Shown: positions 49,001 to 59,715 of the stretch, in pieces
Layout: each line of letters opens with the position of its first letter
Numbering within the stretch: position 1 is the first letter of the stretch
Assembly (NCBI GenBank): GCA_030684935.1
Contig: JAUXXH010000021.1
Coordinates: forward strand, 36,974-100,973
Source: Pseudolabrys sp.
GTDB taxonomy: Bacteria; Pseudomonadota; Alphaproteobacteria; Rhizobiales; Xanthobacteraceae
Length of the DNA stretch: 64,000 bases
Reading direction: 5' to 3'
Program-made: the position numbers and the translations under genes
Notes under the pieces: model-generated
What the model was told of the DNA's origin: nothing
Database searches by the model: none
What the model saw: the letters and a program-made list of their open reading frames with translations, nothing else

Positions 49001-50923
49001 TTGACCGAGGCTTCCAGGACGCCGCTGCTCGACCGCGTGCACGTGCCGCACGACATGAAGAACCTGTCGGCGGAACAGCTACGCGCGCTGGCCGACGAAT
49101 TGCGGCACGAGACCATCGACGCGGTCGCCAAGACCGGCGGCCACCTCGGCGCCGGGCTCGGCGTGGTCGAACTGACGGTGGCGCTGCACGCCGTGTTCGA
49201 CACCCCGGCCGACCGGCTGATCTGGGACGTCGGCCACCAGAGCTATCCGCACAAGATCCTGACCGGGCGGCGCGACCGCATCCGCACGCTGCGCCAGGGC
49301 GGCGGCCTGTCCGGCTTCACCAAACGCGCCGAGAGCGAATACGACCCGTTCGGCGCCGCCCACTCCTCGACCTCGATTTCCGCCGGCCTCGGCATGGCGG
49401 TGGCGCGCGACCTCAAGGGCGACAAGAACAATGTCATCGCCGTGATCGGCGACGGCGCCATGTCGGCCGGCATGGCCTATGAGGCGATGAACAATGCCGG
49501 CGCGCGCAACGAGCGCCTGATCGTCATTCTCAACGACAACGACATGTCGATCGCGCCGCCTGTCGGCGCCATGTCGGCCTATCTGGCGCGGCTCGGCTCC
49601 GGCCGCACCTATCTCAAGCTGCGCGACGTCGGCAAGCAGCTCACCCGGCATCTGCCCAAGAGCTGGGACCGCGCCATCACCCGCGCGGTCGAGCACGCGC
49701 GCGGTTACGTCACCGGCGGCACGCTGTTCGAGGAACTCGGCTTCTATTATGTCGGCCCGATCGACGGCCACAATCTCGACCACCTGTTGCCGGTGCTGCG
49801 CAACGTGCGCGATGCCGAGATCGGGCCGATCCTGCTGCATGTCGTCACCCAGAAGGGCAAAGGCTATGCGCCGGCGGAAACCTCCGCCGACAAATATCAC
49901 GGCGTGGTCAAGTTCGACGTCGCCACCGGCACGCAGGCCAAGTCCAAAGGCGGCGCGCCGCAATACACCAAGGTGTTCGCCGATAGCCTGCTCAACGAGG
50001 CGCGCAAGGACGACAAGATCGTCGCCATCACCGCGGCAATGCCTTCCGGCACGGGGCTCGATCTGTTTCAGACCGAATTCCCCGCCCGCTGCTTCGATGT
50101 CGGCATCGCCGAACAGCATGCGGTGACGTTCGCCGGCGGCCTGGCGACCGAGGGCTACAAGCCGTTCGTCGCGATCTATTCGACCTTTTTGCAGCGCGCC
50201 TATGACCAGGTGGTGCACGACATCGCCATCCAAAGTCTGCCGGTGCGTTTCGCCATCGACCGCGCCGGTCTGGTCGGCGCCGACGGCCCGACCCATGCCG
50301 GCGCCTTCGACGTCGCCTATCTCGGCTGCCTGCCCTCTTTCGTGCTGATGGCGGCGGCCGACGAGGCCGAACTGATGCACATGGTGGCGACCCAGGTCGC
50401 CATCGACGACCGGCCGTCGGCGCTGCGCTATCCGCGCGGCGAAGGCCTCGGCGTCGCCATGCCGGCCGAAGGCGTCCCGCTCGAAATAGGCAAGGGCCGC
50501 ATCGTGCAGCAAGGCCACAAGGTGGCGCTGCTGTCTTACGGCGGCCGGCTCGGCGAATGCCTGAAGGCGGCCAGGGAACTGGGCGCGCTCGGCCTGTCGA
50601 CCACGGTGGCGGACGCACGCTTCGCCAAGCCGCTGGACGTCGACTTGCTGCTGCGGCTCGCCGCCGGGCATGAGGTGCTGGTGACCATCGAGGAAGGCAC
50701 GGTCGGCGGCTTCGGCTCCTACGTGATGCAAGCGCTGGCCGACAACGGCGTGTTCGACCGCGGCCTGAAGATACGGTCGATGGTGCTGCCCGACGCCTTC
50801 ATCGACCAGGACTCGCCGGCCGCGATGTATGCCACCGCCGGCCTCGACGCCCGCGCCATCGTCGCCAAGGTGTTCGAGGCGCTCGGCAAGGACGCCGCCG
50901 CCGAGACGGTGAAGCTGGCGTAG
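49001..50923 (+). CDS. dxs: 1-deoxy-D-xylulose-5-phosphate synthase
   Basis: [50 protein letters not shown]. Confidence 0.97.
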   Translation: MTEASRTPLLDRVHVPHDMKNLSAEQLRALADELRHETIDAVAKTGGHLGAGLGVVELTVALHAVFDTPADRLIWDVGHQSYPHKILTGRRDRIRTLRQGGGLSGFTKRAESEYDPFGAAHSSTSISAGLGMAVARDLKGDKNNVIAVIGDGAMSAGMAYEAMNNAGARNERLIVILNDNDMSIAPPVGAMSAYLARLGSGRTYLKLRDVGKQLTRHLPKSWDRAITRAVEHARGYVTGGTLFEELGFYYVGPIDGHNLDHLLPVLRNVRDAEIGPILLHVVTQKGKGYAPAETSADKYHGVVKFDVATGTQAKSKGGAPQYTKVFADSLLNEARKDDKIVAITAAMPSGTGLDLFQTEFPARCFDVGIAEQHAVTFAGGLATEGYKPFVAIYSTFLQRAYDQVVHDIAIQSLPVRFAIDRAGLVGADGPTHAGAFDVAYLGCLPSFVLMAAADEAELMHMVATQVAIDDRPSALRYPRGEGLGVAMPAEGVPLEIGKGRIVQQGHKVALLSYGGRLGECLKAARELGALGLSTTVADARFAKPLDVDLLLRLAAGHEVLVTIEEGTVGGFGSYVMQALADNGVFDRGLKIRSMVLPDAFIDQDSPAAMYATAGLDARAIVAKVFEALGKDAAAETVKLA

Positions 50924-50930
50924 GTTTGTT

Positions 50931-51084
50931 CTTGTCCCGGACAAGCCGCGTCGCGAAACGAGGCGGCTGGAACGATCCCGGTTCTGCGGCGCAGCGCTGC
51001 GCGCTGTACCCGCCCGGGAAAAGCCGTGACCTTGTCCCGGGCGCGGTGCATCACGAAGTGATGCGCCGCAGAACCGGGACCGTT
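50931..51084. repeat. Cluster of ~52-bp REP-like palindromes upstream of the GIY-YIG gene
   Basis: Unit 50971-51022 (AACGATCCCGGTTCTGCGGCGCA...CCCGGGAAAA), inverted copy 51032-51084, degenerate partial copy 50931-50968. Confidence 0.8.
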
Positions 51085-51118
51085 ACGGAACGGACCTAAG
51101 CCAACACGGCCTTGCGCC

Positions 51119-51414
51119 ATGCCGGACCGCTTTTACATCTATATCCTGGCGAACCGCCCCAAAGGCGTCCTCTACGTGGGCGCGTCACCAATGACCTTGT
51201 CCGCCGTACCGGCGAGCACAAGGCAAAAGCCGTTGCCGGTTTCACCGCGAACTATGGCGTCAGCCGATTGGTTTATTTTGAGGAGTACGCCTCTGTCCTG
51301 GACGCGCGGGCCAGAGAGCGCTCGCTGAAGCGCTGGCATCGCGCATGGAAGATCGACCTCATCGAAACGATGAATCGCGAATGGGTCGATTTGTCAGAGC
51401 AACTGGCTTTGTAG
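51119..51414 (+). pseudogene. GIY-YIG nuclease family protein, frameshifted
   Basis: FYIYILANRPKGVLYVG in one frame continues as VTNDLVRR..EHK..RLVYFE..RE..LKRWHRAWK in another; extra GC at 51182-51183. Confidence 0.85.
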
Positions 51415-51457
51415 CAAATTGCCGTATCGGCTCCGATGTGGTTGAGGATAATGCTGC

Positions 51458-51510
51458 AACGATCCCGGGTCTGCGCCGCGTCGCTTCGCGACACGGCGCG
51501 CCCGGGAAAA
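51458..51510. repeat. REP-like palindrome downstream of the GIY-YIG gene
   Basis: AACGATCCCGGGTCTGCG...CGCGCCCGGGAAAA, same family as 50971-51022. Confidence 0.8.
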
Positions 51511-51526
51511 GTACAGGAACAATGCC

Positions 51527-52270
51527 TTGCCCCCTCCCCGCGTCCGCATCGACCGCCTGCTCGTCGAACGCGGCCTGTTCGACAGCCGCGCGCGGGCGCA
51601 GGCCGCCATCGAAGCGGGCCTCGTCAGCGCCGACGGCAAGACCGTCGGCAAGGCGTCGGAGACCGTTCTCGCCAATGCCGCGATCGTGGCCAGCCCCGCG
51701 CACCCTTATGTCTCGCGCGGCGGGCTGAAGCTTGCCGCCGCGCTCGATCATTTCGCGTTTGATCCCTTGGGCCGTGTCTGCCTCGACGTCGGCGCCTCGA
51801 CCGGCGGCTTCGCGCAGGTGCTGCTCGATCGCGGCGCCAAACGGGTGACGGCGGTCGATGTCGGCCACGGGCAACTGCATCCGTCGCTGCACGGACGGCC
51901 CGGGCTGGTGTCCCTGGAGCGCACCGACATCCGCACCCTCACGCCGGCACAACTCGGCGAACCGCCGGATCTGGTCGTCATCGATGTCAGCTTCATCTCG
52001 CTGAAGCTGGTGCTGCCGGCGACGCTCGCATTGGCGAAGGCCGGCGCGCTGCTGGTGGCGCTGATCAAGCCGCAGTTCGAGGCCGGCCGCCAGGCCGTCA
52101 AGAAAGGCGTGGTGCGCGACGCCGCCGTTCACGCCGCGGTCTGCGACGACATCTCCACGTTTGCGACGTCACTCGGCTGGCGCGTCCGCCGCGTCATCCC
52201 CTCGCCGATCGAAGGCGGCGATGGCAATGTCGAGTTTCTGCTGGGGGCGGAGCGCCCTGACGCTCGCTAG
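51527..52270 (+). CDS. tlyA: TlyA family rRNA 2'-O-methyltransferase
   Basis: S4 domain, YVSRGGLKL, LDVGASTGGF, DVSFISL, LIKPQFE. Confidence 0.95.
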   Translation: MPPPRVRIDRLLVERGLFDSRARAQAAIEAGLVSADGKTVGKASETVLANAAIVASPAHPYVSRGGLKLAAALDHFAFDPLGRVCLDVGASTGGFAQVLLDRGAKRVTAVDVGHGQLHPSLHGRPGLVSLERTDIRTLTPAQLGEPPDLVVIDVSFISLKLVLPATLALAKAGALLVALIKPQFEAGRQAVKKGVVRDAAVHAAVCDDISTFATSLGWRVRRVIPSPIEGGDGNVEFLLGAERPDAR

Positions 52271-52401
52271 CCATCAATCCCCCCGATCCGTTTGATAAAC
52301 CGCCCTGATACGTGTGCCCGCAACGCCACGCGGGCCATCTAAAATCGTCCATCACGCATTGAGCCTTGGTCCGGCCACACCACCGTCTAAGGTGCCGGCC
52401 C

Positions 52402-53832
52402 ATGACCCTTCAGGATTCCCCTCTTGCCCCCGGCGTCGCCGCGCCGGTGGCCCCGCGCGTCTGGCGTGCCGAGACCATCGGCACGATCAGGCTCGCGTTG
52501 CCGATGGCGCTGACGCAGCTCGGTCAGATCGCAATGATGACCATCGACCTCATTCTGATCGGTCATCTCGGCGAGAACGCACTGGCAGGCTCGGCGCTGG
52601 CGCATACGCTGCTGTTCGCCGCCTTCGTGTTCGGCATGGGCGTCGTGTCGGCGGTGGCGCCGCTGGCGGCGCAGGCGTTCGGCGCGCGCGAGCCGCGTAT
52701 GGTGCGCCGCGCGCTGCGCGTCGGCCTGTGGGTATCGGTGATGCTCGCGGTGCCCTTGATGGCGATGCAGTTGCACGGCGAGGCGCTGCTGCTCGCGCTC
52801 GGCCAGCAGCCGGAGACGGCCTACCTCGCCGGCCAGTATCTGCTGGGCCTGAGCTGGTGTCTCATCCCGGGCTGGTGGTTCATCGCGCTGCGCGGCTTCA
52901 TGGGCGCGGTGAACCGGCCCGAACCGGCGCTGTGGATCACCATCGCCGCGATCCCGATCAACGGGCTGCTCGCCTACGCGCTGATCTATGGCGCCTTCGG
53001 CCTGCCGCGGCTGGAAATGCTCGGCGCCGGCGTGGCGACGACGCTGGTTTACATCGGCATGTGCGTGGCCGGCTTCTGGGTCGCCTATACGCAGCGGCCG
53101 TTCAAGAAATTTCGTGTGCTGAACCGGTTCTGGCGCGCCGACTGGCCGCTGCTGGGACGGCTGATCGTGGTCGGCCTGCCGATCGCCGGCTCGTTCCTGC
53201 TGGAGTTCAGCCTGTTCGCCGCCGCCGCGATCCTGATGGGCTGGATCAGCACCACGGCGCTGGCGGCGCACCAGATCGCGCTGCAGGTCGCGGCCGTGCT
53301 GTTCATGGTGCCGATGGGCATTTCGATGGCGGCGACGGTGCGCGTCGGCCATGCCGTCGGCCGCAACGATGCGCCCGGCACCCGGCGCGCCGGCTTTGCC
53401 GCCATCGGCCTCGGCGCCTTGTTCATGGCGATCATGGTGGTGGTGGTCGTCAGCTTCCGGCACATCATCCCGCTGCTGTTCCTCGGCGCTGACGCCGCCA
53501 CGGCAAGCGAAACGGTGGCGCTGGCGGCGGCGCTGCTCCTGGTCGGCGCCACTTTCTTTGTCGCCGACGGCGTGCAGTCGATTGCCGCCGGCGCCCTGCG
53601 CGGCCTCAACGATACGCGGATTCCGATGATCTTCGCCGCCTTCAGTTTCTGGCTGGTCGGCTTCACGGCGTCCTATGTGCTGGCGTTCCCGGCCGGCCTC
53701 GGCGCGGAAGGTATCTGGATCGGCTTTACCATCGGGCTCGTGCTCTACGCCACCCTGCTGGTGTGGCGCTTCAACCTGCTGACGCGGCGCGGCTACATGC
53801 CGGCGGTGCCCGGCCATATCGAGCCGCGATGA
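52402..53832 (+). CDS. MATE family efflux transporter (NorM-like)
   Basis: About 12 TM segments, [27 protein letters not shown]. Confidence 0.92.
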   Translation: MTLQDSPLAPGVAAPVAPRVWRAETIGTIRLALPMALTQLGQIAMMTIDLILIGHLGENALAGSALAHTLLFAAFVFGMGVVSAVAPLAAQAFGAREPRMVRRALRVGLWVSVMLAVPLMAMQLHGEALLLALGQQPETAYLAGQYLLGLSWCLIPGWWFIALRGFMGAVNRPEPALWITIAAIPINGLLAYALIYGAFGLPRLEMLGAGVATTLVYIGMCVAGFWVAYTQRPFKKFRVLNRFWRADWPLLGRLIVVGLPIAGSFLLEFSLFAAAAILMGWISTTALAAHQIALQVAAVLFMVPMGISMAATVRVGHAVGRNDAPGTRRAGFAAIGLGALFMAIMVVVVVSFRHIIPLLFLGADAATASETVALAAALLLVGATFFVADGVQSIAAGALRGLNDTRIPMIFAAFSFWLVGFTASYVLAFPAGLGAEGIWIGFTIGLVLYATLLVWRFNLLTRRGYMPAVPGHIEPR

Positions 53833-53872
53833 GGCGTTGGCGCCGGTGGCGGATGTAAGCTACAGGCGGGGC

Positions 53873-55114
53873 ATGACCGAACAACTCACCATCCAGCGCC
53901 TCGGCCACCGCGGCGACGGCATCGCCGATACGCCAGTGGGCCCTGCTTACGTGCCCTACGCATTGCCCGGCGAAACGGTCACGGTCGAAACCGTTCCCGG
54001 TCATCCCGACCGGCGGCATTTGCTGCGCGTCGAACAGCCGGTCCGCGAGCGCGTGGTGCCGGTCTGCAAGCACTTCACGTTTTGCGGCGGCTGCGCCCTG
54101 CAGCACTGGTCGCTGGCCGAATACCTGCCGTGGAAACGCTCGCTGGTGGTGGAAGCGCTGGCCGCGGCCAATCTGATCGCCCCGGTCGACGAGGCCATCA
54201 TCGACGCGCACGGCCAGGGCCGCCGCCGCGCCACGCTGCACGCCCGGCGCGGCCAACGCGACATCCTGGAGGTCGGCTTCACCGCGCCGCGGGCGCATCA
54301 GATCGTCGCTATCGACCAGTGCCCGATTTTATCACCCGGCCTGGCTGGCGCGATCCCGGCCGCCTGGGCCATCGCCGAGATCCTGAAACCGGTGGCCAAG
54401 CCGCTGGACATCCAGTTCACCGAAACCGACTCCGGCATGGACGTCGACGTGCGCGGCTCCGGCGCGCTGAACGCGAGCCGCACCACGCTGCTCGCCAATT
54501 TGACCGCGCAGCACCGGCTCGCCCGCCTCACCCGCCATGGCGAACTGGTGGCGCAAGGGTCGCAGCCGGTGCTGAAGGTCGGCCGCGCCATGGTGCCGCT
54601 GCCGCCGGGCGCCTTCTTGCAGGCGACCGCGGCCGGCGAGGACGCGCTGGCGCGTCTGGTCGTCGATCATGTCGGCAAGGCCAGGCGCGTCGCGGATTTG
54701 TTCTCCGGCATCGGCACCTTCGCGCTGCGGCTGGCCGAGACAGCGCGCGTCACCGCCGCCGACAGCGAAGGCGCCGCCATCAAGGCGCTGGAACGCGCCG
54801 CCTCGAGCACGCCCGGTCTGAAGCCGGTGGAAGCGCAGGCGCGCGACCTGTTTCGCCGCCCCCTGATGGCCAGCGAACTGAAGGTCTTCGACGCCGTCGT
54901 GTTCGATCCGCCGCGCCAAGGCGCCGAGGCGCAGGCGCGCGAACTGGCCTTGAGCAAAGTGCCGGTGGTGGTGGCGGTGTCGTGCGACGCGGCAACCTTC
55001 GCGCGCGATGCCCGCATCCTGGTCGAAGGCGGCTACAGGCTGACGCGCGTCACCGTCGTTGACCAGTTCCGCTATTCGTTTCACGTCGAGATGGTGGCGA
55101 AGTTCGAGCGCTAG
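53873..55114 (+). CDS. TrmA/RlmD family RNA (uracil-5)-methyltransferase
   Basis: [36 protein letters not shown]. Confidence 0.9.
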   Translation: MTEQLTIQRLGHRGDGIADTPVGPAYVPYALPGETVTVETVPGHPDRRHLLRVEQPVRERVVPVCKHFTFCGGCALQHWSLAEYLPWKRSLVVEALAAANLIAPVDEAIIDAHGQGRRRATLHARRGQRDILEVGFTAPRAHQIVAIDQCPILSPGLAGAIPAAWAIAEILKPVAKPLDIQFTETDSGMDVDVRGSGALNASRTTLLANLTAQHRLARLTRHGELVAQGSQPVLKVGRAMVPLPPGAFLQATAAGEDALARLVVDHVGKARRVADLFSGIGTFALRLAETARVTAADSEGAAIKALERAASSTPGLKPVEAQARDLFRRPLMASELKVFDAVVFDPPRQGAEAQARELALSKVPVVVAVSCDAATFARDARILVEGGYRLTRVTVVDQFRYSFHVEMVAKFER

Positions 55115-55117
55115 GCA

Positions 55118-55981
55118 CTACCGGAATTCGCTGCCGCCGCCCCAGCGATCCTGCCAGAGCCGCTCGCCGATGGTGCAGGAAACCCGCGGCTTGTCGGCGC
55201 TGGCGGGAATGACGCGCGCTTCCGGCTGACGCCCGGCGATCTCCAGCACCAGCTTGGTGCGGGTCGCCTCGACGAACTTCGACTTGTCGCGAATGGGGAT
55301 CACAAAGGCCCCGGCGCCGCCGATCACGCAGTCCTCGTAATAGATGTCGAGCTGGTCGATATCCATCATGCCGGTGTTGGTGCGCTTGTACATGATCGGC
55401 AGGCCGTTGATGGTGATGCCGGCGGCGATCACGTCGTCGCGCACGATCGTCACCAGGGGCCCGGAATTATTGACTCCGTCGCCCGATACGTCGATCACCC
55501 GGCGCAGCCCGCGATAGCCGCTGGTCTCGAACAGCGGCTTGGAAAACTGCAGCACGCCCGAGATCGACGTGCGCGAGGCCCTGCGGTATGGCGCCCGGGC
55601 GATTTCAGCGGCCACGGCGTCGGCCGCTTCCGGGCCGTCGATCACCCGCCACGGCACGACGATGGCCTGGTTGGTAGCGCCGGCCCATTCGACATAGGTG
55701 ATGGCGATTTTGCCGTGAGCGCCCTCGCGCACCGCGGTCAGGAACTCACGCGAGGTCAGCGCCTGGATATAGCCGTCGCGCTGCAGAACCTGTTCGTCGG
55801 TGTCCATCGAATAGGAGATGTCGACGGCCAGCACCAATTCGACATCGACCGGGATGGCGCCGGAACTTCGATCGGCAAGACGGGGAAAGCTCGGCGCGGC
55901 GATGGCGGTCATGAGCGCCGCGGCCGCCAACGTCGCGGTAACCGCACCAGCGATGGCTATGAAAAGACCACGTCGCCGCAT
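55118..55981 (-). CDS. DUF1194 family secreted vWA-like protein
   Basis: Signal-like N-terminus, LVLAVDISYSM, RVIDVSGDG.NN, TINGLPI. Confidence 0.82.
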   Translation of the reverse strand: MRRRGLFIAIAGAVTATLAAAALMTAIAAPSFPRLADRSSGAIPVDVELVLAVDISYSMDTDEQVLQRDGYIQALTSREFLTAVREGAHGKIAITYVEWAGATNQAIVVPWRVIDGPEAADAVAAEIARAPYRRASRTSISGVLQFSKPLFETSGYRGLRRVIDVSGDGVNNSGPLVTIVRDDVIAAGITINGLPIMYKRTNTGMMDIDQLDIYYEDCVIGGAGAFVIPIRDKSKFVEATRTKLVLEIAGRQPEARVIPASADKPRVSCTIGERLWQDRWGGGSEFR

Positions 55982-56037
55982 CCACAGATCGTGGCACGGG
56001 AATCAGCCTTTGTCACCACCGGGCTTGTCCGGCTGGG

Positions 56038-57129
56038 TCAGCTATCCAACATTTCCGTATCGACGATCTCGATGCCGAAACCGCCCAGACCCACATAGGT
56101 CCGCTTGCTGGACGACAGCAGCCTGATCGAGGAAATGCCGAGATCGCGCAAAATCTGCGCGCCCAGGCCGACTTCGCGCCACTGCTGCGACCGGGCGGCA
56201 TCGGTGCCGGTATCTCCGTCCTGCGGAATCTGCGCCACCGGCACGCCGGCGGTTCCATCGCGCAGATAGACGATGACGCCACGGCCAGCCGCCTTGAACC
56301 GCGCCAGCGACGCGCGAATCGATTTGGCGCCGCCGAACACGTCGCCGATCACATCGGCGCGGTGCAGCCGCGCCGGCACGTCCTTGCCGTCGCCGATATC
56401 GCCGTAGACGAAGGCCATGTGATGCACGCGGTCGAACGGGGTGACATACGCATAGCCGTTGAGCGTGCCGATGTCGGACGCCAACTGGAACTCGGCCACG
56501 CGCTCGACCAGCTTGTCGCGGTTCTGCCGGTACTCGATCAGATCGGCGATCGAAACCTGCGCCAGGCCGTGCTTCTCGGCGAAGGCCGCGACTTCCGGTC
56601 CGCGCATGACCGTGCCGTCATCCTTCATCAGTTCGGACAGCACGCCGACCGGCGGCAGATTGGCCAGCCGGCAGAGATCGACGCAGGCTTCGGTATGACC
56701 GGAGCGCATCAGCACGCCGCCCTCGCGCGCCACCAGCGGAAACACGTGGCCGGGGCGGACGAAGTCGGAGGCGCCGCTATTGTCGTTGGCGAGCGCGCGC
56801 ACGGTGTTGGTGCGCTCCTCGGCCGAAATGCCGGTGGACAGGCCGTGCTTCACGTCGACCGTCACGGTGAAGGCGGTGCCGAGCGGCGCGTCGTTTTCCG
56901 CCACCATCGGATCAAGATGCAGGCGGCGCGCATGCTCGATGCCAAGCGGCGCGCAGACGATGCCCGATGTATTGCGGATGATGAATGCCATCTTCTCCGG
57001 CGTGCACAGCGAGGCGGCGACGAACAGATCGCCCTCGTTCTCGCGGTCGTCGTCGTCCATGACGACCACGATCTCGCCTTTGGCGAAGGCCTTGATCGCC
57101 GCTTCGACTTTACTGTGGGTGCTGGACAC
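56038..57129 (-). CDS. ribB: 3,4-dihydroxy-2-butanone 4-phosphate synthase with degenerate GTP cyclohydrolase II domain
   Basis: DDDDRENEGD, RPGHVFPL, RSGHTEA; C-terminal domain lacks the Zn-binding Cys residues. Confidence 0.93.
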   Translation of the reverse strand: MSSTHSKVEAAIKAFAKGEIVVVMDDDDRENEGDLFVAASLCTPEKMAFIIRNTSGIVCAPLGIEHARRLHLDPMVAENDAPLGTAFTVTVDVKHGLSTGISAEERTNTVRALANDNSGASDFVRPGHVFPLVAREGGVLMRSGHTEACVDLCRLANLPPVGVLSELMKDDGTVMRGPEVAAFAEKHGLAQVSIADLIEYRQNRDKLVERVAEFQLASDIGTLNGYAYVTPFDRVHHMAFVYGDIGDGKDVPARLHRADVIGDVFGGAKSIRASLARFKAAGRGVIVYLRDGTAGVPVAQIPQDGDTGTDAARSQQWREVGLGAQILRDLGISSIRLLSSSKRTYVGLGGFGIEIVDTEMLDS

Positions 57130-57145
57130 GACAATCTCCACTGAT

Positions 57146-57254
57146 CCTCATCCTTCGAGACGCCCGCCTGCGGCGGGCTCCTCAGGATGAGGGCATTGCC
57201 TCAATCCGCCTCATGGTGAGGAGCGCCGCGACAGCGGCGCGTCTCGAACCATGG
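57146..57254. repeat. Pair of inverted REP-like palindromes
   Basis: CATCCTTCGAGACG..CTCCTCAGGATGAGG and CCTCATGGTGAGGAG..CGTCTCGAACCATG are related and oppositely oriented. Confidence 0.8.
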
Positions 57255-57263
57255 GCGGCCACA

Positions 57264-58385
57264 TTAGCTGCCCGGCGCGAACGGCCATGCCGTCCCCTCA
57301 CCCATCTGGGCCCGGTGCATCAGATAGTGATCGGCCAGCACGCAGGCCACCATCGCCTCGCCGATCGGCACCGCGCGGATGCCGACGCAGGGGTCGTGAC
57401 GGCCCTTGGTGACGACCTCGGTGTCGTTGCCGTAGCGGTCGACGGTCTTGCGCGGATTGAGAATTGACGAGGTCGGCTTGACCGCGAAGCGCGCGACGAT
57501 CGCCTGCCCAGTCGAGATGCCGCCGAGAATGCCGCCGGCGTGGTTGGAGAGAAACACCGGTTTGTTGTCGTTGCCGATCCGCATCTCATCGGCATTGTCT
57601 TCGCCGGCCATGATCGCGGTGTCGAAGCCGTCGCCGATTTCGACGCCCTTCACAGCGTTGATGCCCATCAGCGCGCCGGCCAGATCGCCGTCGAGCTTGG
57701 CATAGACCGGCGCGCCGAGACCGGCCGGCACGCCTTCGGCCACCACCTCGATCACGGCGCCGACCGACGAGCCGGACTTGCGCACGCCATCGAGATAGCT
57801 TTCGAAGAATTTCGCCTGCACCGGGTCCGGGCAGAAGAACGGGTTGTTGTCGACCTCGTTCCAGTCCCAGCGCGAACGGTCGATCCTGTGCGGCCCCATC
57901 TGCACCAGCGCACCGCGCACGGACAGGCCGGGCACGATCTTGCGGGCGATGGCGCCGGCGGCGACCCGCGCCGCGGTCTCGCGCGCCGAGGCGCGCCCGC
58001 CGCCGCGATAATCCTGCACGCCGTATTTGACGTCATAGGTATAGCCGGCGTGGCCCGGCCGGTATTTGTCGCGAATGTCGGAATAGTCCTTGGAACGCTG
58101 ATCGACATTCTCGATCAGCAGCATGATCGGCGTGCCGGTGGTGACCTGGCCGCCGGTGCGGTCGTCCGCGAACACCCCGGACATGATCTTCACCGCGTCC
58201 GGCTCCTGGCGCTGGGTGGTGAAGCGCGACTGGCCGGGCCGGCGCTTGTCGAGGTGGACCTGGATGTCGGCCTCGGTCAGCGGGATCCGCGGCGGGCAGC
58301 CGTCGACCACGCAGCCGATCGCCGCCCCGTGGCTTTCGCCGAAGCTGGTGAACCGGAAAAGATGGCCGAAGGTATTGAACGACAT
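57264..58385 (-). CDS. aroC: Chorismate synthase
   Basis: [37 protein letters not shown]. Confidence 0.97.
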   Translation of the reverse strand: MSFNTFGHLFRFTSFGESHGAAIGCVVDGCPPRIPLTEADIQVHLDKRRPGQSRFTTQRQEPDAVKIMSGVFADDRTGGQVTTGTPIMLLIENVDQRSKDYSDIRDKYRPGHAGYTYDVKYGVQDYRGGGRASARETAARVAAGAIARKIVPGLSVRGALVQMGPHRIDRSRWDWNEVDNNPFFCPDPVQAKFFESYLDGVRKSGSSVGAVIEVVAEGVPAGLGAPVYAKLDGDLAGALMGINAVKGVEIGDGFDTAIMAGEDNADEMRIGNDNKPVFLSNHAGGILGGISTGQAIVARFAVKPTSSILNPRKTVDRYGNDTEVVTKGRHDPCVGIRAVPIGEAMVACVLADHYLMHRAQMGEGTAWPFAPGS

Positions 58386-58528
58386 AACGATCTGCGGGCT
58401 TTCGGGTGCGCGTGGTTAGGTACCCCGCGCGTTCCCGGCGGTCAAATAACGCCGGGCTGGCGCAATGGGCGCCTGCCGGCAGCGTTGGCCGCCTGCCGGA
58501 CCCGCCCTCGGGTCACGCAGCAAACCTG

Positions 58529-58554
58529 AACGAATATTCAGATGAATATCCGTT
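58529..58554. promoter_or_regulatory. AT-rich inverted repeat, candidate operator
   Basis: AACGAATATTCA-GA-TGAATATCCGTT (12-bp arms, 1 mismatch) in the divergent aroC / small-protein intergenic region. Confidence 0.5.
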
Positions 58555-58714
58555 AAGCTACGGAAATATATACGTTTTTTTTGATTTTGCGATTGCCGGA
58601 TGGTTGACTCTTGGGCTATGAAATAGGTCTTGGTCAGAGGGCACTTCAACTTCATCAGACGGACAAACCGGTCGTCGCCTCAAGACCGAAAATCAAACCC
58701 AACGGGGAATATCC

Positions 58715-59008
58715 ATGCTCAAGATTACTGCAATCGCCGTCGCTCTCGGCTTTCTCGCGACCTCGTCGCTGCCCGCGCTCACCGCGCCGGTCTCCAACGA
58801 CACCCTGAACAGCTACGAGCTGTCGGCTGCCAAGAAGAAGGCTCCGAAGAAGGCCAAGAAGAAGAAGGCCGCTCCGAAGAAGAAGACCTCGGAAGTCGCC
58901 GCCGTCGATATGTCGGCCGCCAAGAAGAAAGCTCCGAAGAAGGCCAAGAAGAAGGCTGCTCCGAAGAAGAAGAAGACCTCGGAAATCCTCTATCGCATCG
59001 CCGCCTAA
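58715..59008 (+). CDS. Small secreted Lys/Ala-rich repeat protein
   Basis: Signal peptide, two SAAKKKAPKKAKKK..APKKK..TSE repeats, RBS GGGGA, strong AAG codon bias, own terminator. Confidence 0.8.
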   Translation: MLKITAIAVALGFLATSSLPALTAPVSNDTLNSYELSAAKKKAPKKAKKKKAAPKKKTSEVAAVDMSAAKKKAPKKAKKKAAPKKKKTSEILYRIAA

Positions 59009-59048
59009 GCCTCGATCCGATTTCGGGCGCGGTCAGCCGCGCTCAGAC

Positions 59049-59083
59049 AAACGGCCGGACAGATTGTCCGGCCGTTTTGTTTT
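59049..59083 (+). terminator. Intrinsic terminator (probably bidirectional)
   Basis: AAACGGCCGGACA..TGTCCGGCCGTTT followed by a T-rich tract. Confidence 0.8.
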
Positions 59084-59103
59084 GCGGGTGCAGTCAGAAC
59101 AAT

Positions 59104-59715
59104 TCAGGCGTAACGCGTCAGTCTCTCGCCGCCTTCGAACACGTAGAGAACCCCTTGCGTGATATCGATCAGAGGCGCCGCCGCGGGCCTGGCGATGCCG
59201 AGCGTGGCCATCAGACCGCGCGCGGTGCCGCCATGGGCGACCGCCACGGTGTCGCCGGTCAGCGACTCATACCAGTCGCGCATGCGGGCTCCGACCATCT
59301 TGTAGCTCTCGCCGCCCGGCGGCTGGAAATGCCATTTGTCATGCTCGCGCTGCGAAATCCGCGCCGGGTCCCGCTCGTGCAGCTGGGCGATGGTGAAGCC
59401 TTCCCAGTCGCCGAACGACAGTTCGGCAAGCTGCTCCGTGACCGCGTAGTCGTCCGCCGGCAGGCCGAGCGCGGTGCGCGCCAACGCCATGGTTTCCCTC
59501 GCACGGCCGAGCGGGCTCGAGACGTAATCGAGGCTGGCCGGGTCGCGGCCCTGTTTGGTGAACAGGTCGCGCAGCAGTTGGCCGCAATGCGACGCCTGCG
59601 CGCGGCCGCGCGCGTTCAACGGAATATCGCGGCGGCCCTGCAGGCGGCCAGCGACATTCCAGTCGGTCTCGCCGTGACGAAGATAGAAGACAGTCGGCCG
59701 CGCTGCCGGGGCCAT
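59104..59715 (-). CDS. Histidine phosphatase family protein
   Basis: RHGETDWN, SSPLGRA, GGES, VAHGG. Confidence 0.92.
   Translation of the reverse strand: MAPAARPTVFYLRHGETDWNVAGRLQGRRDIPLNARGRAQASHCGQLLRDLFTKQGRDPASLDYVSSPLGRARETMALARTALGLPADDYAVTEQLAELSFGDWEGFTIAQLHERDPARISQREHDKWHFQPPGGESYKMVGARMRDWYESLTGDTVAVAHGGTARGLMATLGIARPAAAPLIDITQGVLYVFEGGERLTRYA

Noticed and set aside
50931-51510. CRISPR array
   Set aside because: Units are long, degenerate and alternately oriented, with no regular spacers and no cas genes; no CRISPR seen anywhere in the window
57146-57254. FMN riboswitch upstream of ribB
   Set aside because: No RFN consensus visible; the structure is explained by two REP-like palindromes
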